A stretch of DNA of 32,758 bases from a virus. Numbering within the stretch: the stretch's first letter is position 1; every line of letters starts with the position of its first letter. Below, in pieces: positions 21,352 through 30,723 of this stretch. The position numbers and the translations under genes are program-made. Under the pieces are notes generated by a model. The model was given only the letters and a program-made list of their open reading frames with translations. It made no database searches and was not told the DNA's origin. The stretch covers positions 1 through 32,758 of the IMG/VR virus record IMGVR_UViG_3300045988_024297; one strand, 5' to 3'.

Positions 21352-22474
21352 CTTCTTCTTCAAATTTATTATTAATTTCTGTAACCGACGGGTCTACCCC
21401 GAACACTTGGTACAACTCGCGTGAAATGCGCTGACGTATCTTTTGCAAGCTATTGCGATAGACCTTTTGCAACTCCTTTATAACCTCGCCAGAGGCGTTA
21501 GAATAGGTCATCAGAGAGCTATCAATAAGTGGTAACGGAATGTTATAAGCCGATATAGCGATGTCCTTTCTAAGGGGTTCTACATAAGCCTTGTAAAGCT
21601 CTCTATCTATCGGGCTGCCTAACTGGTCAACTTTGATAAATGGTTTGTCCGTAGCTACGTTTTCGTCCCTTACTGTAAGCACTGAGCCAGCGTTCTCGCT
21701 ACCCATCATATCAGCTAATGTATCGCGGAACTCTTGTTGTGCCTGCTCGGTCTCGAAATCGCCGTGCGACACGATACTGCACATGTGGAAGCCCCTGCCC
21801 AAAGTACGGTTAACGTATTTACCGTTCTTGTCCTCCGCGCCCATCTCGTTTCGTACCGAATGGAACGTGCTAAGGGGGTATGGGCGCGTTGTTCCAAGGT
21901 TCACATATAGTAGCTGCCCCTTATGGTTTTCAATACCGCCGCACTCCTCAACCTCTGATGCGAAATTTTCCGGGTCAAAGGTAGGATATACCGTGGAGTT
22001 CTGCGCGCTGCTCGTTGCCTTGACGTTCTGTCTGTCCCAATTATTGAAAACGCGCCACCTCTTTATGGTAGGGTCTTTCAAATAGTTGTCGTTCATCTCG
22101 GCACGGACATACTCAAACGGAACGTTGTACACGTTTCGGGGCTTGTAGCCTTCGGGTGTCAAACCGTATTGGACTATCCAAGCCCAGCCCCTAAAACGTG
22201 CGACATCGTTTGCCGTAGCCTCTAAAACATCGTCCATGTTACAGCCGTTTCCGTTTGTTATCGCCGCGAAATCCTTGTTTTTGAAGCCTTCACAAATAAT
22301 GTTCTCGGTCATTTTCTCAACTGCCGCGGTAGCTGTCTTTGAAGCATATATAAGCTCGGCTATTTCCTGCGGATATAAGTTGCCGTCACCGTAGTTAATA
22401 ATCTTATCGCCCGTGTTAGCGGACAACTTAAGCGCCTTTTCGACAACAAGCGCGAAACGTCTGTAACCTATCAT
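21302..22474 (-). CDS. portal protein (HK97-family-like)
   Basis: MMGSENAGSVLTVRDEN...KVDQLGSPIDRELYKAYVEPLRKDIAISAYNIPLPLID matches the conserved portal core (G-x-ENAG ... I-x-x-A-x-x-I/V-P). 390 aa. Confidence 0.78.
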   Translation of the reverse strand: MIGYRRFALVVEKALKLSANTGDKIINYGDGNLYPQEIAELIYASKTATAAVEKMTENIICEGFKNKDFAAITNGNGCNMDDVLEATANDVARFRGWAWIVQYGLTPEGYKPRNVYNVPFEYVRAEMNDNYLKDPTIKRWRVFNNWDRQNVKATSSAQNSTVYPTFDPENFASEVEECGGIENHKGQLLYVNLGTTRPYPLSTFHSVRNEMGAEDKNGKYVNRTLGRGFHMCSIVSHGDFETEQAQQEFRDTLADMMGSENAGSVLTVRDENVATDKPFIKVDQLGSPIDRELYKAYVEPLRKDIAISAYNIPLPLIDSSLMTYSNASGEVIKELQKVYRNSLQKIRQRISRELYQVFGVDPSVTEINNKFEEEDGKPESIPDSIVPPVV

Positions 22475-22476
22475 AT

Positions 22477-22833
22477 TTAATTCTCCTCTTTATTGATTTC
22501 TACGAAGCATTCCGCATATGCCGGGTTTTCAGTCATAAGGCGTTCCGCTATTTCGTCGGTCATGTTCGCGCTCTTATACACAACACCATCAACGTAATGC
22601 ACGATACGCGCCCCGGGCTTCATCGCCCATCTGTAAACCACCTTTGTCAGATACTTCGTTTCATACCACAAAGATAAATATTCCATATCCATGTGGCAAT
22701 TAGGGTCAAGTTTTAGACCCGTCATTGTGTAATACGCGTCCAACTTCTCTTGTAATGTTGCAACCTTCGGTTCAACAACAACGGGTGCAGTGCTTTCGCC
22801 CCGCCCCGTAGTATTTGTTTTTTCTTCTGCCAT
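22477..22833 (-). CDS. hypothetical protein, 118 aa
   Basis: ATG ORF, 2 nt upstream of the portal start. Confidence 0.6.
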   Translation of the reverse strand: MAEEKTNTTGRGESTAPVVVEPKVATLQEKLDAYYTMTGLKLDPNCHMDMEYLSLWYETKYLTKVVYRWAMKPGARIVHYVDGVVYKSANMTDEIAERLMTENPAYAECFVEINKEEN

Positions 22834-22849
22834 TTTCTTTTTGATTTAA

Positions 22850-23416
22850 TTAAGATGCGGGGGCTTCTGCTGGTGTGACCAACGCAGCATAAGTCGCCTC
22901 GTCTATGTAATGAACCGTCGTACCTACTTGCCAATCCTCTACGCCATAAGTGTATGTTACTTGGTCGCTCGCGCTTGAATCGCCGGACAACTCGGTACAA
23001 ACCAGTGGAGCACCCAAGCCGTAAATCTTATAGCGACCACCGTCATGCTTTACCGCGAATATGAGTTCAGCGTTAGCAAGTCTACCTACGCCGCCAAGAG
23101 GTGTTCCTAAGCTCGTCAAATCTCCGTGCCCGGAAAATGATTTGAACGTTATTGTGACGTCGTAAGCTCCCGGAATAATGTCCTGCGATTTGAGACCTAC
23201 CGTTATCACCATTGAGTTATTAACAGTAGTAAGGTCATACCCGACCGTTGTAGCTACCCTCGTAATGCTCGCCACTGCGGTATTCGGGTCTACTGTAAAG
23301 CTCGCGATGTCCGATGCGTTAATTACCCGTGCGCCTAATATCTTCCCCAAATCGGGGGTTCTCGGAGCACCACAAGGCATCACCAACCCCGAAGCTATTT
23401 TGCCAATACATGCCAT
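22850..23416 (-). CDS. paralogue 3 of a tandem virion-protein triplet (188 aa)
   Basis: MACIGKIASGLVMPCGAP...INASDIASFTVDP. It shares the C-x11-C N-terminus and the ADIASFTVD block with paralogue 2. Confidence 0.7.
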   Translation of the reverse strand: MACIGKIASGLVMPCGAPRTPDLGKILGARVINASDIASFTVDPNTAVASITRVATTVGYDLTTVNNSMVITVGLKSQDIIPGAYDVTITFKSFSGHGDLTSLGTPLGGVGRLANAELIFAVKHDGGRYKIYGLGAPLVCTELSGDSSASDQVTYTYGVEDWQVGTTVHYIDEATYAALVTPAEAPAS

Positions 23417-23447
23417 ATTATTTTTTCCTTTCTTTTTTAGTTAATTA

Positions 23448-23987
23448 TTATCCTACTGCTGCCGCGTACAATTCCGCGTATACCGATGACGGCATGTCTA
23501 AAGTGTCTTCTCCAATCACGTTTTCGGGTGTTTCCAAAGTGATTGTAGTCCAGCTACCGTTATCGTGCGAGTTGTTATCCGCCGCGGTGGCGGACATACC
23601 GTAATACAGACCGTAGACGTGCGGCGATGTATGCGCGGCACTTTTAGCTATAATAACGAAAGACCCGTTAGTAAATGCCGCCACGGTGCTACGCACACCA
23701 TCATTAAACTTTTCGGTGAGCACCATCGTAGCGGAATGTGAGTGTGCGTTCGGCGCGCCGTCGTTAACCTTTAGCGCGGAAGATAAAACGAGAGAACGCT
23801 TAACTGTGTCGATTTTGTAAGCTTTCGCCCCAGGAGCTAAGGTAATGACGGGAACTAACTTATTGCTGCTGTCAACGGTAAAACTCGCGATATCCGCTTT
23901 ATTTATAATCAACGCGCTAACTAAACCAGTCGCGCCGCTGTCGCAATCATAGGCAATTGCGTTTGCCAATTTTGAAATACATGCCAT
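23448..23987 (-). CDS. paralogue 2 of a tandem virion-protein triplet (179 aa)
   Basis: MACISKLANAIAYDCDSG...INKADIASFTVDS. Confidence 0.7.
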   Translation of the reverse strand: MACISKLANAIAYDCDSGATGLVSALIINKADIASFTVDSSNKLVPVITLAPGAKAYKIDTVKRSLVLSSALKVNDGAPNAHSHSATMVLTEKFNDGVRSTVAAFTNGSFVIIAKSAAHTSPHVYGLYYGMSATAADNNSHDNGSWTTITLETPENVIGEDTLDMPSSVYAELYAAAVG

Positions 23988-23991
23988 ATCT

Positions 23992-24528
23992 TTAACCTCC
24001 TACTTTTGCTTTGATTGAATCCATCGCTTCCTTCGAAATAGCCATAAAGTAATTACCTGCCGAACCTTCCGGGGCTGATAGTGTAACGGTAGCCAACCCC
24101 GCATTCGCATTGCTGTCCCCATCCATCCCGGAGCACTCCAATGGGGATATATAACCGACTAATGAGCGTGTACTGTCATTGCGTTCGACGGCCACATAGA
24201 ATTTCCCAGCCAGTAGCGAGCGTATCCGCCGATAGTCGGCATCCGCAATCATAGGCATTTTGAACACTACTGCAATATCTAATTTCGCGGAGGCGTCCAT
24301 AGCTCTGACGGAAGATGTGATTTGTATGTTTTGTTTATACCCTTCCACAAGAATCACAGCCGCGCCGGGACTCACCGAAGCGCTCGCTATGTCAATCCTA
24401 TCTGTGCCCCCTACTGTAAACGTAACGTCCTCCGTGTGCATCAGATAGATGTTTTTAATCCCTACCGGGTTGAAATTACATGCAACCGTGATATTGCCGC
24501 TAAGTTTATTCAAACAACTTTTTCCCAT
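23992..24528 (-). CDS. paralogue 1 of a tandem virion-protein triplet (178 aa)
   Basis: MGKSCLNKLSGNITVACNFNP...IYLMHTEDVTFTV. It has the same C-x11-C spacing and similar length, and is the most diverged of the three. Confidence 0.65.
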   Translation of the reverse strand: MGKSCLNKLSGNITVACNFNPVGIKNIYLMHTEDVTFTVGGTDRIDIASASVSPGAAVILVEGYKQNIQITSSVRAMDASAKLDIAVVFKMPMIADADYRRIRSLLAGKFYVAVERNDSTRSLVGYISPLECSGMDGDSNANAGLATVTLSAPEGSAGNYFMAISKEAMDSIKAKVGG

Positions 24529-24534
24529 ATTATT

Positions 24535-24574
24535 TGAAATAAAAAAGGGGCTGGGTTAATATCCCAACCCCTTT
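24535..24574 (-). terminator. rho-independent terminator after the major capsid gene
   Basis: Minus strand reads AAAGGGGTTGGG-atattaa-CCCAGCCCCTTT followed by TTTATTT (one G-U pair). Confidence 0.8.
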
Positions 24575-24592
24575 AATTAGTAAATGATTTAT

Positions 24593-25543
24593 TTATTTTC
24601 CTGCTTTCGCTGTCACCCACAACTGCATCTTCTCGGGCGCTACCAACATAGCATCAGCCGCGAACAAAGTTTGTGAGTAGTAGTTACGGCTCTTAGCATC
24701 CTGGATGAACGGAGCGATAACTGTACCAGCGCTTTCCAGTGCAATCTGAATGTTGTCCTTCGGAGTGAATGCGATAAACGCGGTATCTAAACCGTCAGCG
24801 GTAGCTGCGTTAGAAACGTGTCTCAACTCGTTAATCTTGTAACCCTCGAAGTAATACACCGGGCGACCGTCTACGATATCGGACTGTGCTACGCTGTTAT
24901 CACGGGTTTGCAACAAGTTCTTGTACAAGCGCATAACGTTAGACGTAACGAAGAACTCAGAGTTGTCAAGCGTATCGGGGCGTTGCGCGTCGATAGCACC
25001 ACGCAATGCAGCGAGAACACCATTAGTATCAAGAACCAATGCTTTTTCAGTCATTGCGCTGTCCTTGTACTGCCTGATAATACCGCCATTAGTGAAGATA
25101 CCGTAACCAGTTGCTCCTTCCGATACGTTACCGTCCAACCAAGCCAAGCGAAGCAAGTCAGCTTCCAATACCTTCAATACCTCGGACTGAATGAAGCCAG
25201 CCAATTCGGTTTCGGAGAAATTATCATCAAGGTTGATACCCTTTGCAACCATCTTACCCCACAAGCTTTGCAAGCAAATCTCAATAGGTAGTTCGATAGG
25301 TGCGTGCTGGTAATACTTAACCTTGTTGGCTACGCTATTATAAAAGTATTCACCTTTACACCCTGCCGATTTACGCAGCGCCTTGTCGGCTGCCGTGAGG
25401 GAAACAACGGGTGTACCGTTAGGGATACCGTTCATTACTGTAATACCTCGGGAGATTTCGCCAGCCAGCCCGACGATCAAGGAGATAACCTCATTAAGTG
25501 AGTTGAGGTTTAATTTGTTAAGGTCTGTAAATGTAAAAGCCAT
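24593..25543 (-). CDS. major capsid protein (HK97-fold-like)
   Basis: 316 aa, directly after the protease/scaffold gene and followed by a strong terminator. Composition and length are typical of this fold. No search was run. Confidence 0.7.
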   Translation of the reverse strand: MAFTFTDLNKLNLNSLNEVISLIVGLAGEISRGITVMNGIPNGTPVVSLTAADKALRKSAGCKGEYFYNSVANKVKYYQHAPIELPIEICLQSLWGKMVAKGINLDDNFSETELAGFIQSEVLKVLEADLLRLAWLDGNVSEGATGYGIFTNGGIIRQYKDSAMTEKALVLDTNGVLAALRGAIDAQRPDTLDNSEFFVTSNVMRLYKNLLQTRDNSVAQSDIVDGRPVYYFEGYKINELRHVSNAATADGLDTAFIAFTPKDNIQIALESAGTVIAPFIQDAKSRNYYSQTLFAADAMLVAPEKMQLWVTAKAGK

Positions 25544-25559
25544 AATCTTTTGTTTTTAG

Positions 25560-26519
25560 TTATTTGTTGTAAAATCTTTTAGCTGCTTCTGCTACAGCCT
25601 CTTTTGATAATTTCGTTTCTTTCTTCTTCGGCATGTTAACCGCTGGCGCACCGGGTTTCGCGGTCGCTCTGTTAAATTGAGCCGTCATAGCCTCCAGTGT
25701 TGCGGTAAGTTCGGTAACCGATGTTTCCAAAGCTGCCATACGGTTTGCAAACTCTTCAGGTACATCGGCGGTAACCGGGGTTTCGATTTCAACTTCGCTG
25801 TCTTCTACCTTAGCTTCTACGTTTTCAATAACACCGTTTGCAATGGTGATAACCAACACACCGTCCTCTACTGCAACTTCTACTTTGCCGTCTGGGTGAA
25901 CGTTGCCCTCGCTATCAAACACTTTGTCGCCGATAGCCATTGTTTCGCCTGCTGCTTCAATCGTGATACTTGCACCGTCTACGGTCTCAACCGTCTCGGT
26001 TGCAAAACTCGACTTCTTGAATAGGGAAGCGAAAGAACTAAAAAATTTGTTCATCTTCTTTTCGTTTTGATTATTAAATAAGCTTGTGGTGGCTGCTGGC
26101 AGCCCTACCAAATCGCATGAGTATAGCTCAAAAAATTCGGTAACGTCCAGCACATCACCGTTTAATGTCTGATTGTTGATACCCACCACCGAAACGCCCA
26201 GCATATCGGGTTCGTTCTTTATCATCTCGGAGATGAATTTTGCCTCCGATGGGTAGGCAGCTTGTAAGGCTTCGGATAATTCCAAATCGGCATAAGCTAC
26301 ACCGTCCTCGTAGACGAAGTTAGTGAATTTTCCTAAATACCCGTCCAACATATCTGCCCCGTTATGGGTACGCCTGCAATGGATAGGCTTAAGGTTGCCG
26401 AGCGTTACAACGCTTTGAACCGCGGTCTCCGTAATAACCAACGGGTATTCCTTGCCTTCGTATGCCCCGAAATTGGTAGTAACCCCGGCTTGGATAATTC
26501 TAAGTTTTCTAAATTTCAT
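25560..26519 (-). CDS. prohead protease / scaffold fusion (putative)
   Basis: N-terminal globular domain and an acidic, coiled-coil C-terminus (VEDSEVEIETP...LEAMTAQF). The start is moved to the ATG at 26519 because a TATCTTTG promoter box lies inside the track's longer ORF. Confidence 0.55.
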   Translation of the reverse strand: MKFRKLRIIQAGVTTNFGAYEGKEYPLVITETAVQSVVTLGNLKPIHCRRTHNGADMLDGYLGKFTNFVYEDGVAYADLELSEALQAAYPSEAKFISEMIKNEPDMLGVSVVGINNQTLNGDVLDVTEFFELYSCDLVGLPAATTSLFNNQNEKKMNKFFSSFASLFKKSSFATETVETVDGASITIEAAGETMAIGDKVFDSEGNVHPDGKVEVAVEDGVLVITIANGVIENVEAKVEDSEVEIETPVTADVPEEFANRMAALETSVTELTATLEAMTAQFNRATAKPGAPAVNMPKKKETKLSKEAVAEAAKRFYNK

Positions 26520-26545
26520 ATAATTTGTCTTTGTTGTAACACGTG

Positions 26546-26553
26546 CAAAGATA
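26546..26553 (-). promoter_or_regulatory. internal late -7 box TATCTTTG upstream of the protease/capsid genes
   Basis: Plus-strand CAAAGATA, 27 nt upstream of the ATG at 26519. Confidence 0.5.
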
Positions 26554-26595
26554 GGCAGTATATAGTAAACTGCCATCTCTGTACGAGTTAATGGT

Positions 26596-29103
26596 TTAAA
26601 ATGTCGCCAGCCCTTGAACTACCGAAACGTCGTTCTGTCCGCTGTTGATGTCCTGCACCGATACAACCGGGTTAGGCATACTCATTACTGCGTCGATAAC
26701 TACCCCGGCGAGTTGGTTAATGCTTTCGCTTGATAACTTCATGCTTTCAGCTTGCTTAACTACCCGGTTAGCTTCGGAAAGCCCGGCAACCATACCGCCA
26801 TCAGCGAACTTGTAAAGCCCCGATGTACCGAACGAATTGCCCCCGTGCGCTTCATTGAGCGCTGATAAGGCGTTAATCTCGGCGCTCGCTGTCTTCTTCA
26901 TGATGTAAACGTTCTCACCGCCTTCCGCCTCGAACACTTGCCCGTTATCGCCCCGGAACGTTACACCACCCTGGGCATGGGAGCGCCCGTATATCACACC
27001 TCCCTTTGCATACTTCTTGACCGATGTGTTGATTTTCGTATCGGGGTCTTTCTGTTTTGCAATCGTGGCGACTTGTTTCATACCGAATGCAATAACAACC
27101 GCGGCTTGTGCAATACCGAGAATACCACCAGTGGCGAGAGCTTTTGTTGCACCTAAGTAAGTATTTATTGTCGCTTGAACAACGCCAAATGCCTTACCTA
27201 TAGCACTTTGTTCCCCTAATAATGTTGACATTTGTCCTGCAAGTCCTGCGGTCATTGTCAGTTCTGCGTTAACGCGTGCCCTTGTGTTCTCCTCCTTTGC
27301 CTTCTCATATTTGGCTTGTATCAACGCGGTGTCCGCACCTATCTTCTCAGCTGCTGCAATCTCTTGCGCATATTGCGCGTCAAGTTGCGCTTGCCTTAGG
27401 TCGTACTCGTTTGTTATTTCTGCCATCTTAAGTTCGTGCAGGTTCGCCGCGTCCATCGCTTCGCGCTCCCTCATAAGAGCGTCCTGCTCCTCTTTACGCT
27501 GCATCTCCAACTGCTGTATGCCTAAATTAAATTCGGCTTCCTTGTTGGCGTATTCCTGCTTTGTGATGAGACCTTGCTCAAGTCTGTACTTTTCAAGCTT
27601 TAGACTCTCCTCGACGTATGCCTTTTCGTTTTCTAACTTCGTTCCGATGGTATCGTTTTCCAGTTCTTTAGCTTGCATTGAAAGGTTAAGAGCTGTTAGC
27701 GCTGTTTCCATCTGCTTTATTGTCTCGGCCTGCAATGCGCGTTTTTGGTTCTCCGCGTCTTGCGCTGCCTTTATTGCGGCTTGCGCCTTTGCTGCCTCAG
27801 CTGCCTTGTAAGCTGCTGCATTAGCTGCTATCTGCGCCTTTGCGATACCGCTCGCTTGGTTTTCCAACTCTTTACGCTGCGCTATGTAATCCGCTTGGCG
27901 TGCTTGCAGGTCTGCGAGTGCTTGCATCTCGGCGCGTCTGTCCTCTTTGCTGGTGTAACTCAGTTCGTTTTGCGCCTTGATTTGATTGTACTTCTGCTGT
28001 AGTACGTCTATCTCGGCTTTCTCCATCTGCTTGGAAATCGCTATAGCCTTTTGAGCTGCTGCGTTTCGTTCCTCCGCGGTCTTTAGCTGGTCTCCTACAA
28101 TGGTTCGTTGCGCCTCCAACTCTCTACGCATCGCCGACAACGTTACGAGGTTGTTTGTTTCTGCCTCATATATTGCGAGTTCTTGCTTGGTGAGCGCTTT
28201 GGCTGCGTTCGCTGCCTTCGTTGTCTCCTCGGTAATGAGACCGATAGACGAAAGCAAGTTTACAACCTTCTCCGTTATCCACTCGAAAGCCTTTGCTACA
28301 CCCCCGAGAAGCTCGGTTACGCCGTCGAGTATCCGAGAGAAGATAACCTCAAACGGAGCGAATGCCGCCTTTAGGTTTGTGGCCATCTCGCTGTTACGTT
28401 TCATCAGCTTCTCAACCGTGGATATGAGAACCAGTATAACCGACGCAACCGCCAATATCGGGTTGGCTTTCAACGTAGCGTTAAACACCTTTAGGATGTT
28501 CACACCGCCCGATAGAGACGTAGCCATAGCCGCCGTTGCCCCGGATAGCCCTTTTGTGCTGCTCATGGCTTCCTGGATGCTCTCCGCATAGTTACCTACG
28601 TTCCTGCGGTTATCGCCTACAGCCTTTTCCATGTCCTTAAGTCTGTCGCTTATCTCCTTTGTTTCGGTCACAAGCTTTTGCCCCTCGGCCGTGTTGTTGC
28701 GCGTCGCTGCACTCATCGCGTTTAGCTCCTTGGTGTTCTTCGCCAACTGTGCACGGAGCGCGTCCACGCTGTCCTCTTGACTGTTTAGGAGCGTCGTGTT
28801 CGTCTTTATCTCGCGGTTGTTGTCCGAGATAGAGGCGTTAACGTCCAACAACTGCTTTTTCAATTCGATTTGAGCTTTTGCCGCATCGCCTACCGCCTTT
28901 TTATACTCGTCTTGACCGATTGTCCCAGCCTTGTACGCCTTGCCTGCATCGTCCAGCTGTTTCTTCTCGTCCTTAAGCGCTGCCATTAACTGGCTCTTTG
29001 TTTCTGCCAGTTCGACGGACTTTGCTATAAGAGCGTCCAGCCCGTCAAGAGCTGATGACGTGTCAAACGAAAGGTCTAGTAGAGTAACTTTTTCTGTTGC
29101 CAT
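26596..29103 (-). CDS. tape-measure-like protein (835 aa)
   Basis: Long A/Q/K/E coiled-coil regions and central hydrophobic segments (ILAVASVILVLIS; GGILGIAQAAVVIAFG). The C-terminal Gly-rich motifs KKYAKGGVIYGRSHAQGGV and YKFADGGMVAG fall within 26599-27018. Confidence 0.6.
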   Translation of the reverse strand: MATEKVTLLDLSFDTSSALDGLDALIAKSVELAETKSQLMAALKDEKKQLDDAGKAYKAGTIGQDEYKKAVGDAAKAQIELKKQLLDVNASISDNNREIKTNTTLLNSQEDSVDALRAQLAKNTKELNAMSAATRNNTAEGQKLVTETKEISDRLKDMEKAVGDNRRNVGNYAESIQEAMSSTKGLSGATAAMATSLSGGVNILKVFNATLKANPILAVASVILVLISTVEKLMKRNSEMATNLKAAFAPFEVIFSRILDGVTELLGGVAKAFEWITEKVVNLLSSIGLITEETTKAANAAKALTKQELAIYEAETNNLVTLSAMRRELEAQRTIVGDQLKTAEERNAAAQKAIAISKQMEKAEIDVLQQKYNQIKAQNELSYTSKEDRRAEMQALADLQARQADYIAQRKELENQASGIAKAQIAANAAAYKAAEAAKAQAAIKAAQDAENQKRALQAETIKQMETALTALNLSMQAKELENDTIGTKLENEKAYVEESLKLEKYRLEQGLITKQEYANKEAEFNLGIQQLEMQRKEEQDALMREREAMDAANLHELKMAEITNEYDLRQAQLDAQYAQEIAAAEKIGADTALIQAKYEKAKEENTRARVNAELTMTAGLAGQMSTLLGEQSAIGKAFGVVQATINTYLGATKALATGGILGIAQAAVVIAFGMKQVATIAKQKDPDTKINTSVKKYAKGGVIYGRSHAQGGVTFRGDNGQVFEAEGGENVYIMKKTASAEINALSALNEAHGGNSFGTSGLYKFADGGMVAGLSEANRVVKQAESMKLSSESINQLAGVVIDAVMSMPNPVVSVQDINSGQNDVSVVQGLATF

Positions 29104-29114
29104 AATCCAAATTA

Positions 29115-30719
29115 TTAATTTTTAACTGCGATTAACGTAACGTTCGCATCTCCCGTTGACGGGTCCCAATTGCTTATCGTTCGGAGATAAAACCAGTAGT
29201 TAAGCTCACCTACGAAATAAAGCGCATCAGACTTCATGTTCTGTATATCGAAATATGATAGGTTCATTTTAGCCGTCACTTGCCACCCGGGGGAAAAACG
29301 GTAATAATGCCCTGCTATCGTTGCACGGTAGCCGCTCGCACGGTTGAAATAGTTATCGGGTACGTACGAGCCTGCCAACCTAATCATAGAGGCGTACGGT
29401 CTTTGCGCACCGGGATTTACCGGGAACGCGCTCTCGCCTACTGTCTCCTGCGTAGATATGGCACCACCGTAACCGCCTACCGTCTGTTTAAGCGAACCTA
29501 CCTGCACCGCGTATGTTCTTGCCGCGCCCGCGGCTTCCGCAACCTTTATACTTGATTGGTCTATTTTCCCCGTCCAGTCTACCCGGTACGTAGAACTCGA
29601 AGACGGGTTGATAAACGGCTTAAGTGTCAGCGCAAACGGTTCGGACTTAAATTCATACGTCCAACAAAATGCCTTGCAGAATGCCTGCACAATACCGAAA
29701 GGCGTATCTATACCCATTGTCTCTACTAAATCCCATGCATACTCCGGGGCGGTAGCCGAATTAATCTTGAACGATATAAAATAGGCTTCCGCATTCGGTA
29801 CGGTGGTAATCGGTGTGCCCGAATACACCCCCGATACGGCGGACGTGGTAAAGCCGAAATTCAAGTCGTGTGAAGGCCTCGGAGTAACCAAGCATGATGT
29901 AGAACCCGGGTCTACCGGGTAGTACGGGTGATTGCCGTCGGGTCTTACCGCACCGCGCTTAAACGGCAAAGCGAATGTACCGCCGTTGCTTCTAAGATAA
30001 ACGGTAGAAGGCGCGGAAGGCGGAAGGACTACAAACGAATCCTCCGTAAACCTTAAATCGAATGCAGAGCCAACCATGTATGTAAAACACGTGGCTACCT
30101 CATTGCTTTCCGCTATCATATAGTTAGCCGAATATACAGAGCCGTCCAGCCCGTCATGCGCACCTTTAAAAACCAACTGGCTTTCGGCGTCCTTGTAATC
30201 GCCTGCTTTTTTTGTAACTCGGTCTGCGATGTATGACATAAGCACGGGAGTTGTCCCGTTTGCCGCGTATAGTGTAGGCATAGTAACGTCGTTCGGGTAC
30301 GCGTAATTAAGGCTATCTATATACGTTGAAAACTGATAAGCCAGTGATTCAAATTTAGGTATTGCGACCACCGGGGCGCGCAATGACGAAAGCTTTGATA
30401 TGTTTTCTATCAGTTCAAGGCTATAGCCGTCTTCGTCTGCCGTTACACGTACACGGAACAAACCGCTGCCGAACGGAATATTGAAGCCCCCGAAATACAA
30501 TTCGGCTCGGTACGGGGATGTCCTTATGAACTTCCCCGGGAAACGCTCGGAACGGAACACCCGGTCATTTACTTCTGACCGGGGTACGTTGATTGTCCCG
30601 GAGTAACTGACCGTTTGCTCCGTGAATTTTAAAGGGTCTGGGTTGTTGATAGTAAGTTTCACCGAGTTCGCGGTTACGCCGTCTATCACTACGCCATCAA
30701 TTCGTATTGTTAAATCCAT
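29115..30719 (-). CDS. tail/baseplate-like structural protein, 534 aa
   Basis: Large beta-rich ORF adjacent to the tape-measure-like gene. No catalytic motif seen. Confidence 0.5.
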   Translation of the reverse strand: MDLTIRIDGVVIDGVTANSVKLTINNPDPLKFTEQTVSYSGTINVPRSEVNDRVFRSERFPGKFIRTSPYRAELYFGGFNIPFGSGLFRVRVTADEDGYSLELIENISKLSSLRAPVVAIPKFESLAYQFSTYIDSLNYAYPNDVTMPTLYAANGTTPVLMSYIADRVTKKAGDYKDAESQLVFKGAHDGLDGSVYSANYMIAESNEVATCFTYMVGSAFDLRFTEDSFVVLPPSAPSTVYLRSNGGTFALPFKRGAVRPDGNHPYYPVDPGSTSCLVTPRPSHDLNFGFTTSAVSGVYSGTPITTVPNAEAYFISFKINSATAPEYAWDLVETMGIDTPFGIVQAFCKAFCWTYEFKSEPFALTLKPFINPSSSSTYRVDWTGKIDQSSIKVAEAAGAARTYAVQVGSLKQTVGGYGGAISTQETVGESAFPVNPGAQRPYASMIRLAGSYVPDNYFNRASGYRATIAGHYYRFSPGWQVTAKMNLSYFDIQNMKSDALYFVGELNYWFYLRTISNWDPSTGDANVTLIAVKN

Positions 30720-30723
30720 ATTG

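Noticed and set aside
26520-26576. The 19-codon N-terminal extension of the protease/scaffold ORF as given in the track (start at 26576).
   Set aside because: The extension contains the TATCTTTG -7 box (26546-26553). The internal ATG at 26519 has the usual A-rich leader.
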